From: Eledone cirrhosa
Lineage: Eukaryota
Length of the DNA stretch: 64,000 nucleotides
Direction: 5' to 3'
NCBI GenBank assembly: GCA_964016885.1
Contig: OZ024741.1
Location: forward strand, 300,948,001-301,012,000
Shown: positions 39,201 through 57,476 of the stretch, one piece after another
Layout: each line of letters begins with the position of its first letter
Position numbering within the stretch: the first letter of the stretch is position 1
The notes under the pieces: model-generated
Database searches by the model: none
The model's input: only the letters and a program-made list of their open reading frames with translations
Told to the model about the DNA's origin: nothing
Program-made: the position numbers and the translations under genes

Positions 39201-39668
39201 GAGGATAGGGAAGAAGACGCACGTGGTGGTAGAAGGTCATGAAATCGCTCCCGTAAGTTTTTGATTTTTAACATATTTAAATCAATTGTGAAATAACAAT
39301 TCTTAGTACAAATGATGCATAAATCACCGAATCAAGTCCCATAAAAATTTGGATCCATAATATATTGTTATATCGCTCAAATATCCAATTTTGTATCATA
39401 TATTTTATATTCAAAAAAGAAAATGGTTATAAATGGAAGAAAACCCCCTCTGCTACACTATATAGAACAGCCAAATAACAGCAATTTCACCAACACCAGA
39501 AACTTGATACACCACCTACCCCATCACCCCGCTGTGTACACTAAATATAACAGCCAGATAACGGCAATTTCACCACCACCACCACCAATCCCAGCATCAT
39601 AATAATCATTACTATTATTATTGTCTCAAGTTTTAACAAAATGTTTAATTTCAATATTAAGGAATATG

Positions 39669-39810
39669 TCAACACATATATTAAACATACGCGACACAAA
39701 CGCATAGATACTACAGATCAAACAAAACTAGTCTATTCAACACATATATTAAACATACGCGACACAAAAGCATAGATACTACATATCAAACAAAACTAGT
39801 CCATTCAACA
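39669..39810. repeat. ~68-bp tandem duplication
   Basis: TCAACACATATATTAAACATACGCGACACAAA...CAAAACTAGTC occurs twice. Confidence 0.85.
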
Positions 39811-40277
39811 AAACTCAGTAACTACAACGGCACCGCCGCCACCACACCATTCATCATTGCTACCACTATCCCATCACCGCCGCCACCACTCCTTCATTGC
39901 TACCACCACTATTCCCCTGTTAACTTATGAAAGGGGAAGGTGGCGGTATCACTAGACAAGGGAGAGGCTAGCAAAAGATATAAATAGATTGACTTAGTGA
40001 CCCGGCCACCGGCCAAACGTCAACAACTATGGCACTGCTGGCTCCACCCTTCCTCACCAACAATATAAAAAGCCCCAGCACCACCACCGACATGGCCAAC
40101 AACAATAACACGCAACTACAGCAAAAAGTATATTATATTATTGTAATGCACTGGGTGATTGCTGGCCTTGTGCCTGGAGTGGAGACAATTATTAATAATT
40201 TCATTCTTAAGCCACGCAATGCTCACATTAAGGAACCACTCATGATAACAACAATTTAAAAAAACAACAAAAAAGAA

Positions 40278-44305
<4,028 letters not shown>

Positions 44306-44809
44306 AAATGTTTACGTGGACAGACAGGCAAATAATTTGACCACCAACACCACCACCGCCACCATCACCACTACCACACCAAACAAAATCTAGCCAAGTT
44401 ACTCCAACTTCTAATTCTACTACAACTTCAACACCATCACTATAGTACTACGATCAGATCACCACCACCACCACTGCCTCATTATCGCTAACGCCTCTAT
44501 TCTCTCCCACTACCTCCTTCTAAGACAGAGATATCGTAGTATTCCCACTAAGTGAGGAAGGCATCAAAAGATATAAATAGACTGATTCGATGACCCGGTC
44601 AAAAATTCAAAAAATCAAAAATCAAAATCAAAACAGCACAGCAGTAACGAAAAACGTAAAGAAAAGAAAAAAAGAAAAGAAAAACAAACAGACAAACAAA
44701 CAAATAAAAAAACGAAGTCAGACATTCAAACATTACATTACAATGAAATTTATGCCCCATTTTTTTAGGTTTTTACCTATTTGTTTGTTTATTTGTTTAT
44801 GTTCGTCTA

Positions 44810-47521
44810 CAGCGTGATAGTGCCACGCTAAAATCAAATCACTGGGGGTGATGAAATCACCGGTGGTTATGTAACCATATATTCACTAATCCTCGATATG
44901 AGTGTTTAAATGTCGAACCTAAACAGTTCGAATAACGGTGAAGTGGAGACTGGAATGTCATGTGACAGACTCTCACCCAGCAGGTGCTCCCTGGCCCGGC
45001 AGCAGGGACCTGGCTGTCATCCAAATATTGCTGGTGTTGGAGGAGGAAGAAGCAGAAGGAAAGGGACCAGAAGCAACTGGACGAAAGAATTGAATAGAAC
45101 TGTTATGTAATGTTACCTGAAGAGTAACCCCAAGGGAAAAGGCTATAGGAAACGGATGCATAGCATCTGGAACGAGATGGGTCTATTTAAATTAGATAAA
45201 CAAAAATTGGCCGGGCAGGCTCGGGTAATAAGAACTAATGGGTGGATAAGCGAGCTGGAACTGGAGGAATTCAGCAGAGAGATTAGATTGGAAATGGAGT
45301 GTGGAGTATGCCAGGCAAACGAGCCAGTGGGAGATGAAGGTGGAGAGGAGGTTGAGAGAACGGAGGAAGCATCCGAAGCAGACAATGATCTGAATGCTGA
45401 AATAAATAATACCTGGAACAAAGATATTGAGGAAATGAATGCTGACGGGCTAGGACAAGATTTGGTTGATATCCTAAACTTAGTGTTAGATGAAATGAAC
45501 AATGATAGTGGGAAACCTATGAACCTAAGATTTGTAGACAGGAAAATGTTAAAAGAAACAACAACTAAGGTAAACAAAGTCATCCCATACCTTGAGGCGA
45601 GGAACCTTCATCAGTGCAACAATACCCCCAAAGCAACAGCAAATGCGGTGAGGAAATGACTTGGCATAAAAGCGAGAGGAAACAACAAACAAGAAAGATC
45701 AGAACCTTGGTGGAAGAAAGGACTGAATGGTCAAATCAGGGAAATGAGAAATGACATTGGAAACCTTGAGTCCCTACTGAATGGGACACTACAAAACATA
45801 GACACTAAAAATAGACTGGAAATAAAGTACAAAACTAGGAGGAAAAAGCTAAATATTATCATAGAGGAACTGAAGCAACGCATTGTGGCAAAGAGGGCAA
45901 AGATTAGGCGATACGAGAGCAGAGTCAGTCAGTATAGACAGAACCACATGTTTGACAACAACCAGAAGATGTTGTTTGGACAGCCTGAAGGGAAAGAAAG
46001 AGGCAGCGACTTGATCACTGAGGCGGAACAAACTAAGACATTCTGGAGAGGAATATGGTAGCAGGTTGTTGAACATAATGACCAGGCAGTGTGGATTGGG
46101 GCAGTACAAAAGGATATTAGTGAACAGGCACACCAAGAAACTGATTTGAGTATCACAGTTGAAACTCTTAAGGGGCAGGCCAGAAAACTAACCAACTAAT
46201 CACCAGGCCCAGATGGTGTGCAGGGGTATTGGATTAAAAATATAACATCCCTCCACCCGAATCTGTCAACCATGTTCAATGACTGCTTGATGTCAGGTGA
46301 GGTACCAGAGTGGTTGACAAAAGGTACCACAGTTCTGGTAATGAAAAATCGAACCAAGGGTAATGATGTTACCAAATATAGACCTATCACATGTCTGTCC
46401 GTAATGTGGAAACTGTTAACAAGCATTGTGTCTGAGGAAATCTACCATCACCTCCACATAAACAACTTGTTACCGGACGAACAGAAAGGATGCCGAAAGA
46501 AGTCCCGTGGTACAAAGAACCAGTTACTTATTGATAAGATGGTAATGAGGAATTGCAAGAGGAGACTCACTGGTCTTGCCATGGGATGGATAGACTACAA
46601 AAAGGCATTCGACCTCATTCTTGGATAACCAAAAGCCTAGATATCTTCAGGGTGGCAGATAACATCAGACAGTTGTTGGGCAAAAGTATGAATACTGGAA
46701 AACAGAGTTAACATCAGCTGGAGAATCCTTGGGAGGCGTGAAGATCAAGAGAGGTATCTTCCATGGGAGGTGGTTGATGCTCCCACCAGTTCTTTTGATG
46801 GGGCAGGTCAAAGTGATTACACATTATCCAATGTTGTTTGTCATTGCCCTGATCCCCCTGACCATTATACTGCGAAAAGTGAGAGCAGGATACAAGTTGC
46901 GAAAGGGAGAGCTTACCATCAATCACCTCCTCTTCATGGACGACCTTAAGCTCTTCGGGAAGAGTGAGAAGGTGTTGGGTGTGCTTGTTGACATTGTCCG
47001 TATTTTCAGCAATGATGTATGTATGCAATTTGGTATTAGTAAGTGTAGAGTCCTTGTGATGAAGAAGGGTAAATCGAGCAGAAGCAACGGAATCCAGGTA
47101 CCAACAGGTGAGATGATAAAGGAACTTGATACTGAAGACGGATACAAATATTTAGGTGTTCTGGAGGCTGATGACATCAAGAACAAAAAGATGAAGGAAT
47201 TGATAAGATCTGAATACATTCGGAGAGTAAGGAGCGTATTAAATCACATCTGAACAGTAGGAATGCCATAAGTGCAGTAAATTCCCGAGCTGTGTCTATT
47301 ATTAGGTACAGTGCGTGAATTCTGAGATGGAATTTTGCTGAACAAAAAGTAATGGATAGGAAGACTAGGAAGCTATTGACTATCTACATGTTCCATAAAA
47401 GGAGTGATGTCGAAAGACTCTACTTAGAGATCTGAAGGTAGAAGAGGTCTTATCAGCATAGAGGACTGTGTTCAGGTGGAGAACAACAACCTACACAAAT
47501 ACGTGACTGATAGTAGGGAGC
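44810..47521 (+). mobile_element. Second-family R4/Dong-like LINE, 3'-truncated
   Basis: GYRKRMHSIW...LAGQARVIRTNGW; SPGPDGVQGYWIK; YRPITCL; EQKGCRK; WIDYKKAFD; HLLFMDDLKL. Confidence 0.9.
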
Positions 47522-47897
47522 AAATTGCATACATATATCATTGCTGAAAATACGAACAGTGTCAACAAGCACATCCAACCTCTTCTCACTCTTCCCGAAG
47601 AGCTTAAGATCGTCCATGAAGAGGAGGTGATTGATGGTAAGCTCTCCCTTTCCCAACTTGTATCCTGCTCTCACTTTTCGCAGTATAAGGTCGGGGGCAT
47701 CAGGGCAAGGACAAACAACAGAGGGGACAGACTATCTCCCTGGAAGATACCTCTCTTGATCTTCACGCCTTCCAAGGATTCTCCAGCTGATATTAACTCT
47801 ATTTTCCAGGACTTTCAACTTTTGACCAAAAACTGTCTGATGTTATCTGCCACCTTGAAGATCTCTAGGCTTTTGGTAATCCAAGAATGAGGCACCA

Positions 47898-47898
<1 letters not shown>
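47522..47898 (-). mobile_element. Inverted RT fragment of the second R4/Dong-like family
   Basis: Minus strand encodes GIFQGDSLSPLLF...HLLFMDDLKLF; similar but not identical to 46615-47030. Confidence 0.85.
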
Positions 47899-47937
<39 letters not shown>

Positions 47938-48152
47938 GCGGTGGATTGGCAGTATCGGTAGAGGATCGTACGCCATCCTTTGCCGCATAGAGTTACCGTC
48001 TTTTATGATCTGAGTTCAAATCCCGCTGAGATTAACTTTGCCTTTCATGCTTACGGGGTCGATAAAATAAAGTACCAGTCACGCACTGGGGTCGATTTCA
48101 TCGACTTTTCGCTCCCCCCAAAAGTGATGGCCTTGTGCCTACATGAGAAACC
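47938..48152 (+). mobile_element. tRNA-derived SINE, full length
   Basis: TGGCAGTATCGG A-box, GAGTTCAAATCC B-box, GCCTTTCATGCTTACGGGGTCGATAAAATAAAGTACCAG core, (ATT)n tail. Confidence 0.9.
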
Positions 48153-48180
48153 ATTATTATTATTATTATTATTATTATTA

Positions 48181-50768
48181 CAGTTGCTTTATGTTATCAC
48201 CAAGTCACAACCAGTGGCCTCAAGAGACAACAAGGTACGCCATGTTCAAGAAAGAACATACATACTCACACATGCATCTTTAGGTGTTTAGACTTGTGAT
48301 GTACTTATATTGACAGAATCTTCCTTAGTAGATGAGCAGTTCCCATTAGTACGATCTTTTGTATTTCTTCTATACGCGGGTTTCCTGGGATTTGCGATAA
48401 GTAATCATTAGACCCCTTAGGTATCATTCCTAGAGCGCCTACAACCACTGGTATTGTTTTAGTTTTCAATTTCCACATTTTTCCAATTAGCAGGCATACA
48501 CTCATTTTAAAGTCCTTCAGTATTATATCACGTCTATTTGCATCTATTTTTCGGTCTGTTTGGATGCTAAAGTTCCACAAGATTGAGATGTGATCTTTTT
48601 CAAGTATGGGAGGTGGTTGATGCTCCCACCAGTTCTTTTGATGGGGCAGGTCAAAGTGATTACACATTATCCAATGTATGTATTGTGCAGCTCTGTCATG
48701 CCTGTTTAGGTATTCGGTTGGAGCTATAGGACTGCACATTGAAATTATATGGTCAATGGTCTCTGGTTGTTTTTTACATACACGGAATAATGGGTTACAT
48801 CCATTTTATTTTGATGGCTTCATAATTGTTGTTGGCAGACACTAATCTTGTGCTGATATAATCATTCCTTCAGTCTCCAAATTCACCCAAGAGGATGCCA
48901 ACCACTGATGGGTTAAAGTTTTGTCAACATCAGAATTGTTAGCTTTCTCTGGATACTTTATTGCGATTTCTTAGCCAGTTTCTGTAGCAGTTCTTTATTT
49001 GCAGTTATTTTTACCTGCTTTGCTTTTTCTGTGTTTTTCATTTCAGCAGTAAATGGAATTTCCGAAATTTGTAGTTGATTACTGTATCTTTTTGCATCTT
49101 TTGTAATGGAGTATGATCTTTTGATGCTTTCAGGTTTCAAAACGAGTTTAATCATCCAATCATGTGATTCCCTTAGATATGTAGATAAGCCAATTGTTGC
49201 AGTTTTCAAAGCAATATCTAACTGAATTTGCCCACGTCCTCCTTCTTTCCTAGGGATATATATTCTATCTGTATCTGCCTTAGGGTGATACATTCTGTGC
49301 ATGGTTAAGTATTTTCTAATTTTTGTATCGAGCCTACGAATCTCTGTGAATGACCAGTTGATGACATTGTAACTGTAGGGTACTACTGGTATGGCAAGCG
49401 TGTTTATGGCATCGATCCTATTCCTTGCATTCAATTCCGTTCTTAAGATTGCTCTTACTCTGCGGTAACATTCCTTCCTTATCCTTTCCCTCATTGTCGA
49501 GTGCTTGATTCTGTCTCCTTAACAAAAACCTAGATATTTGTAAGTTTCCTCTTGGTCAAGTTCTCTTATCACATTCCCCCGATCAAGATTAATGTCTGAA
49601 CTTTTCAGCAGCTTTCCTCTGGTGAACGTTGCTTTGGCACATTTATCTAGTCCAAACTCCATTTTAATATCATCACTGAACTGCTTCACAGTGGATAATA
49701 GCCCATGCAATTGTTCATCATTTTTTGCAAATAGTTTCAGGTCATCCATGTAGAACAAGTGATTAATGGTTTTGTCATAGACTTTATATCCATGTTTCAT
49801 TGAGAATTATATTTACTGGTATATCTGCGATGCAGCATAAAAGTGGTGAGTGATAAAGAGTCACCCTGAAAAATTCCACAATTAATATTAACTTCTCCAG
49901 CTTCCTGGGATATTTTCCCTATTCAAAAGGAGTGCTGTTTTCCATGGGAGATATTTTGAAAACCTCTAAACACTTTTCAATCCAACTGTGTAGCAGACTA
50001 TCGAATGCTTTTTTGTAATCTATCCAAGCAATTGCTAGATTTCTGTGTCTATTATGACATCTTCCATATCATTTTGTTAACCAAAAGCTGATCCTTACAG
50101 CCATATGAGCCTCGTTTACACCCTTTCTGCTCATTGAGAAATAGATCATTTGTTATCAGGTGATCATATGTATATTCAGTTAGGACTGATGTTAAATTTT
50201 TATACATTGTGGTCAAGCAAGTTATCGGTCTGTAATGTTTGGGATTATTTGTCTCATCATTCTTCGGAAGTAAGAATGTAATGCCGTTAAATAGCCACGA
50301 TGGTATCTTTTCTGGTTCCTTAACCATTTCATTGTAAAGTTGGGCTAACAGCTCATGAGACTCTGTAAAGGCATTTATCCACAAAATTTGGTATTTTCTC
50401 TTTCCAGTTGCTAGATTTTCTAAGGGCTAAACGCAGATGTTCAACTGTTATATTTTCCCATGTTTTCTCCTCAATGTGAGATGTATCTTTCATCTGTCTG
50501 TCTATCCATGAGGCATGTATATTATAAACTTTTTCTTCGGCCCAGATCTTTTCCCAAAATTCTTGTATTGATTTAGCAGTTATTATTGACTTGCCAATTT
50601 TTCTGTAGAAGTTTTTTTGAACATATTATTGTGCTTATAGAATTTAGAGCCTTTTTTCAAAGTGCTTTATGTGAGCAGCTTTGGCCTTCACGTTTTGCTT
50701 GATTATTTCTATCAGCATGTCTATGTCACTTGTTGAGTTTATATTGCATTTTCTTTTCAACTTTCTAG
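48181..50768 (-). mobile_element. R4/Dong-like LINE, 5'-truncated, same family as 40278-44186
   Basis: ORFs 48305-50384 closely match the plus-strand copy; 3' end ...GCAACTG(TAA)n. Confidence 0.92.
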
Positions 50769-53700
50769 ACTGTCTTGCGACAGCGAGTCAAACTTTGAAG
50801 CTGATAACGCTGCCCCTCCCGCAACAATTTTAAAATGTAACAACACATCAGCCAATATCGCCAACACCAGCACCAACAACAGTGAGAACACTAATACAAA
50901 CAAAAATGACAACAGCAGCAACAGCGACATTACCAAAAACAGTAAAAAAAAACAGTCGTGAACAAGAACGACAAAAGCACCAGCAGCAACGACAGGAAAA
51001 TCAACGACAACTGCAATAATGACAACAACACCAACAACAGAAAGAACGGGAACAAAGACAACAATATCAACAACAGTGTCAACCACAGCAACAACAACAA
51101 TAACAACAATAGCAACAGCAACAATATCAACGAAAACAACAACGAAATTAACACCACCATCCAGAACATAAGCGGCGACAGCACCAGCAGCAGCAATACT
51201 AACTGCACCGAGAGCGGCAGCAGCGGCGGCACCAAATATATAACCGGCTGCAACAGTGATAGTAGCAGCAACACCAACAAGAACAACGACAACAACACCA
51301 ACGACAACAAGAAGACTTTCGCTGCGGCAGCAGCCAAGAAAAGGCCATGCTTCAGCATGGACTTGACAGACAAGGAAACAAAGTTGGCCCAGGTATGGAA
51401 GCTCATCAAACAGGAGCAAAGCTGGGCCAACTTAACTGCCCCGCCAGAGGCCATAGAAGCGGTGGAGAAGAGAACTCAGGTCTTCAGATGCATCGCATCT
51501 GAGACGAAAGGAGCCTCAAACTCTCCCCAAGCAGATGTCGAGGCTGCGCTGAGGTGCATCAGAGAAGATACAGAATACGAGCGAGGGGTCAACAATACGG
51601 CACCATCTCGGTGCTGTTTAAGTCGGAGGACCTCGCTTTGAAGCACTCGACGGCCCCTTGCAAAACCAGCAAGGTTATTATGTACCCCTCCCACATGGGA
51701 AAAAGAACAATTAGAGTCCCCATTCCCAGGATTCCACCTGGACTAGATATGTGGTGGCTCTTCGGATGCGTGATTGTGGAGGGGTCAGATGCCGTCGCAA
51801 TAGAGGTAACCAGGACAAGAAGAGAGGACTGAAGAAATAAAGAAAATCCGGGAGCAGATCCGCCTCCAAAACGGGACAGCTCTACAAGTGATGGCTGAGG
51901 GAAAAGGCCGCACTGTTTCAGTTGCGGCGAAAAAACACACTTGCGAGACTTCTGCTCTCAGCTGTTGAAAAGTGCAAGGAGTCAAAATCTCCGCTGCTGC
52001 CGACGCCGGGGCCTCATCGTAAAATAACAACACCACCAACAAAATCTGCAGCAGCACCACCAGCAGAACCAACAACAACTCAAAGACAACCAAGACCACC
52101 CGGGGGCCACTCCAATCAGATCTCCTGCCCCCTCCCTCTCGAACATACACACACACACATTGAAACACACACACCCATACACACACTGCCACTTGCATCT
52201 GACACAAACACATTGAAACCTCTTCATCACTAAGCGAAGATGAGGAGGAACATCAAAAGCAAAAAAACAAACAAACAAAAAAAACAAGAGGAAATCTCAC
52301 ACACCAACTCAAACAGCAAACAAAAAAAGACACATTCGCACAAAACATAGACACACATACTATAACAGCCTCACCCGCAAAAACACAACTGTCAACACAA
52401 ACACCATCTCAACCAACTACACTACCACTAACACAAGCAACTAAAAGAAAACACACACAGCAATAACTTACAACCACAGCAACACCTAACTTCGTGTTAG
52501 TGAGGAAATCGAACACAAAACTACTGAACCTCATAACACGAAGTCAGGAAATAGAGAAAGAGAGGGAGACGTTTAACATCTGCACCTTCAAGGTGCCACA
52601 AACAGTTTTGCTGGTGCGAATGGCACTAAGCAATTATAAAACAATTAGGGAGGGCTTCCCCAACGACGTGGGAACACCCAGTGTAAAAGCCTTAAGTAGG
52701 TTTTTAAAGGGATTCCCAAAGAAACCCCACCAACTATGAAGATCGAACCACCAGACCTTCACAAGAGCCCGGAAGGTAAGTAAACCTTTCCTCTCTCTTT
52801 TAGCATGCCAACATGGCCATATTAAGAGTAGGATGTTTAAATGTTCGACGCCTGGGATCGTCCTGTAAGCAGGGTCACCTGCTCAACAACGTCAGGCCTC
52901 TAGAAATGGATGTAATTGCCGTCAGCAGACCAGGATTTCCGACATGCGCGCACTACCCCCTATTTTCGACGACTATCAGATCTTTGCATCTGTTAGTCGG
53001 CCGGAAATGGGAGGTGGGTGGCAGTGCTGTTCAGGAAAAGCCTGGATCTCGAAATAAGGTCGATCTGCCGGGATCCAGACGGTAAATTGGTGGTCCTGGA
53101 TGTGAACAATAGCGAAGGTTGTGCCTTTAGACTGGTGGCAGTCTACGCCCCTACCGGGGCAGGACGGCTGGATTTCTTTAGGCGACTGAAAGCCTTTCTG
53201 GGTACGTCCCGCCCTTTACTGTTAGCGGGGGACTGGAACGGCATCTTAGACGTACGCTGGGACTGTGTGGGAGTATCCGATAGGAGAGTGGGGTTCAAGA
53301 GCCTCAAGTACCTGATCCAACTGTCTGACAGGTACCGACTAGATTTCCCTAATGCGCCAGTGTGGACCTGAACTAACCGCATAGGGTCATCTCGATTGTA
53401 TATAGACAGGATATCCATTAGGAAAATAGACAGAAATAGTGTAAGCTATCCACGTTTTAAAACGGTCGTCTATTCAGATCACACGTTTGTGATCTGTAGG
53501 GTGGACCTAGATAAGACGCGTAGGTTAGGACCTGGTTACTGGAAGCTGAACATGTCATTTCCGGTGCCTAAGGCTTACAGGGACCAGGTCAACAATTTAG
53601 TTAAGAAAAGGTTGACAGGGGGAGTCGTCAATTATAGATGGTGGGGGCTCTCAAAGGAGAGATTAGAGTAATGTCGATAGAGTTTAACAAAGAAGTAGCG

Positions 53701-56362
53701 TTAAAGAAAAATAGAAAGGAGGGGGAGTTGATAGATAAGTTAGACGAGGCTATTTGTAGTGGCATTGCAACTAACGTGCTAGCGGCGAGAATGGCATTAG
53801 ATCATTTCTTCTATGCGAAACACGAAGGTTGCATTGTCAGAGCTAAGGTACGTGCTCTGAGAAACGAGGGAACCAAAGCTGTTCGATGGCAGAGGCGCAG
53901 AGTGATAATAAACCATGATTCGGTCTTTGACGGACCGAGATGGACAGGAGCTGAGCGATTCCAATCGGATGTGTGAGGCCTTTCGCCAACATTTTGCTCG
54001 GTTGTTCAGAAGAAGTGGCGGGTCAGAGACGGTGGCGGACTTCAGTCCCTACCTCGATGGCTTGCCGCAACTCTCGACGGCTGACGCTAAGCGCTGCGAA
54101 AGGCCGATTACTTCAGCCGAGATTTAGGATGCCCTTGGTCTGCCCTACGAGCTTTACGTAAATATGCCAGACTTGTTCTCCAATCTCCTCGCCGCGGTCT
54201 ACTGCAACTGGCAGCAGAAGGGGAGTATTTCCAGTTCTGTAAGCTAGGGAGTAGTGACACTGATGAGAAAAGACGAGAACAAGCGGGATACATTAGACAA
54301 TTTCAGGCCCATAACCCTGCTCACCACAGAGTTTAAGATTTTGGCCAAGCGGTTAGCGAAGAGGTTGGCGCTTGTCGTCGGGGATTTGGTTGAGGAGGCG
54401 CAAACTTGCGCAATCCCAACCAGGTCAATACACGACAACCTCTACCCGATGCGTTACATCATAGAGAGGGTAGGGTGTAAACCTGGCTTCGGTGGAGCTC
54501 TGATCAATTTAGATCAATCGAAAGCATTCGATAGGGTCGACCATCAGTACCTGGAGGCTGTCGTCAAGGTGGCAGATTTGGCCCCGTCTTCAGAAGCTGG
54601 ATCACTGCAATGCACAGCGGCACCTGCTCGGTGGTCAAAATTAATGGCCACCTCTCGGAACCGTTTCAGGTCTCCCAATCGGTCCGTCAAGGGCGCCGTC
54701 TCTCCTCCCTTCTGTACGTATTGACTCTCGAACCTTTACTGCGGAAGCTGGCGCTGTTGCAGGGCATCCCGCTCGAACCGGGACGCTAAAAGGTTGTGTT
54801 GGCTTATGCGGACGACATCACCCTGATGGTGTCGGACACGTCAGAAATCGAGGTGGTCGGCAACTTATTGGAGGAATATGAAAGGTCGACGGGAGCAAAA
54901 CTTAACCCGGAAAAGTAGATGGGCTTGCAACTCGGCACCTGGAGAGGCAAGTCCATGCCGTCCAACAGCGTCGTTGGAGTTTGGTTCGGGGAAGACCTCC
55001 AGGTGGATAAGAATTGGGACAAGGTGACGGGCAGGGTAGCCAGTCTCACCCAGAAATGGGCTGCGAGAAAGCTATCACTGAAATCGGGCGGAGGTGGCGA
55101 ACGCGTACATCGCGTTCGTCATCTACTACCGTCTGACTGTCGTCCCTTGCACATGTTTGCGCCTCGCCATCTTGGAGCGGCTCCTCTTCAAATTCTTGTG
55201 GAGGGGTCAGGTTCCGTTGGTGAAGCGGTCCATCTGCCGCCAGCACCCTCTACGTGGAGGGCTGGAAATGCCGTGTCTAAAGATGCGCAGACACGCGGTG
55301 AGGCTGCGGCATCTCCAGATATTATGCCTAAACGGTGAACAAGTGTGGTAGCCGTTTGTCAGACGGGCCTCTCTGCAACTCGTTTCTTTGACAGAGCTGC
55401 AGTCCTGGGTCAAGAAGAAACCGAAACTGGGTGACTGGCATCTGGAATTGCCAGGCATTCACTGCCTTCTACCAGGCGGGCAATGCGGTCAGTGGAACTT
55501 CCACTCTCGAGTTCTATAGAGGATTAGTGGTGGGAAGTGCGACGACGCACTCGGAGAGGCTCTGGGCGTCGACGAAGTCGAACTAACCAGTCTGTTCTGG
55601 AGGACTTTCGAGCCGGGGACGATGGATAAGTTCCAAAAATCCCTCGCTTGGCAGTGCTATCGGGAGGCACTGCCGGTTCGAGATAAACTCTACAGGCACG
55701 GAAGTGCTGTCAGAAGGACCTGCCCGAGATGCCCCGCAGAGCGACGAAATCGTTCTGCACACAATCGTCCAGTGTCCGTGCATTACTGAATTGTGGTGTT
55801 ATGTCGAACAGCTGTTGTCGCGTATAGAACGGCCGAGTCCATAGTGAAGATCGACCCGCCGCCTTCTTTTGGCCAGGAAGGGCAGGCAATTTTCCTCTGT
55901 CTGGTGGCAGTAGCGAAAGAGGTTGTATGATGGACGAGGTTGAAAGGACTGAAGACAGACACTTTTCTCTTCGGCCAATCCCTCATCAACTTTTTCAAGT
56001 TTCACTTGGAAAGGAAGGTGAGGCTGGAGAGAGAAGTGCTGCTCCCAGCACATTTACTGAAAGGTGGGTGAATGTGGCGAGAATGGCCCTTGTGAGTGGG
56101 CCTACTCTGGTCATGCGCCTGTAGGTGGGTAAATTTGAGGAGGAGAGGGGTGTCCTTCCCGAGTGCTCTCGAAGCGTCGGGTCGTTCACAATTGGTGGGG
56201 TACCTGAGCGAACCCTGGGTGGTCATTCCTCCCATTCGGGTATTTTTAGTGTTTCTTTGTTATTGTTATTCATATTGTTTACTCGATTTTTCTGAAAAAC
56301 CCCATTGTCCCAGTCTTTTGTATTGTCCACTATATGTCGGCCCTTGTGGCCAATAAATGAAA

Positions 56363-56364
<2 letters not shown>
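50769..56364 (+). mobile_element. Tx1/L1-clade LINE, decayed, different subfamily from 33803-38990
   Basis: Asn-rich ORF1 remnants. ORF2 from 52813 (VGCLNVR, VAVYAP, GDWN, SDH, FRPITLL, DQSKAFDRVDH, YADDI) to 56124. AATAAA plus (ATT)n tail; extra 3'-end fragment at ~56420-56565. Confidence 0.92.
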
Positions 56365-56402
<38 letters not shown>

Positions 56403-56591
56403 GTTTATATATATATATGTCTCTATGTCTTTTTTCTTTTTCTTTTCTTATATAAATAATAAAAATCTTTACGCGCACAAAACCCACATCGTACTGTCCT
56501 GTACCGTCCTGTGCCGTCTGTAATGTTTTTTCTTGATGTCAGCCCTTGTGGGCCATAAAGAAATCATTATTATTATTATTATTATTATTAT

Positions 56592-57476
56592 GGTCTGAGT
56601 TCAAATCCCTCCAAGGTTAACTTTGCCTTTCATCCTTACGGGGTCGATAAAATAAAGTACCAGTAATGTACTGGTTAATTGCTGGCCTTGTGCCAAACGT
56701 AGAAACAATTAAAGTGTGGTGGATTGGCAGTATTGGTAGAGGGTCGGACGCGATGCTTTGACGCATAGAGTTACGGCCCTTGCCATTCTGAGTTCAAATC
56801 CCGCCGAGGTTAACTTTGCCTTTCATCCTTACGGGGTCGATAAAATAAAGTACCAGTAATACACTGAGATAATTGCTGGCCTTGTGCCAAAAGTGGAAAC
56901 AATTATTATTATTAGTATTGTTGTTGTTGTTGTTATTATTAAATTAATCTTCTATTTCTTCTTGGTAATAATTGCTTCTACTTTTGGCACAAGGCCAGCA
57001 ATTGCTGGCCTTGTGCCAAAAGTGGAAACAATTATTATTATTAGTATTGTTGTTGTTGTTGTTATTATTAAATTAATCTTCTATTTCTTCTTGGTAATAA
57101 TTGCTTCTACTTTTGGCACAAGGCCAGCAATTACCCGGTATATTACTGGTATTTATGTTATCTACCCCGTAAGGATGAAAGGCAAAGTTAACCTCGGAGG
57201 GATTTGAACTCAGTCCGTAAAGGGACGTAACTGTACTGCAAAGCATGGCGTCCGACCCTCTACCGATACTGCCAATCCACCTTCTTGGTAATAATTGTTT
57301 CTACTTTAGGCACAAGGCCAGCAATTAACCAGTGCATTACTGGTACTTTATTTTATTGACCCCGTAAGGATGAAAGGCAAAGTCAACCTCGGCGGGATTT
57401 GAACTCAGATCGTAAAGGGACGTAACTATGCTGGAAAGCATGGCGCCCGACCCTCTACCGATACTGCCAATCCACC
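56592..57476. mobile_element. Cluster of four SINEs (two on +, two on -) with a 129-bp tandem duplication at the tail-to-tail junction
   Basis: Copies at ~56592-56710(+), 56716-56903(+), 57099-57281(-), 57292-57476(-). 56872-57000 is repeated at 57001-57129. Confidence 0.88.

Noticed and set aside
47938-48035. tRNA gene-like A and B boxes
   Set aside because: This is the SINE head; box spacing is too long and no cloverleaf is evident.
50757-51454. Hydrophobic membrane-like ORFs on the minus strand
   Set aside because: Antisense of the (AAC)-rich LINE ORF1 region.
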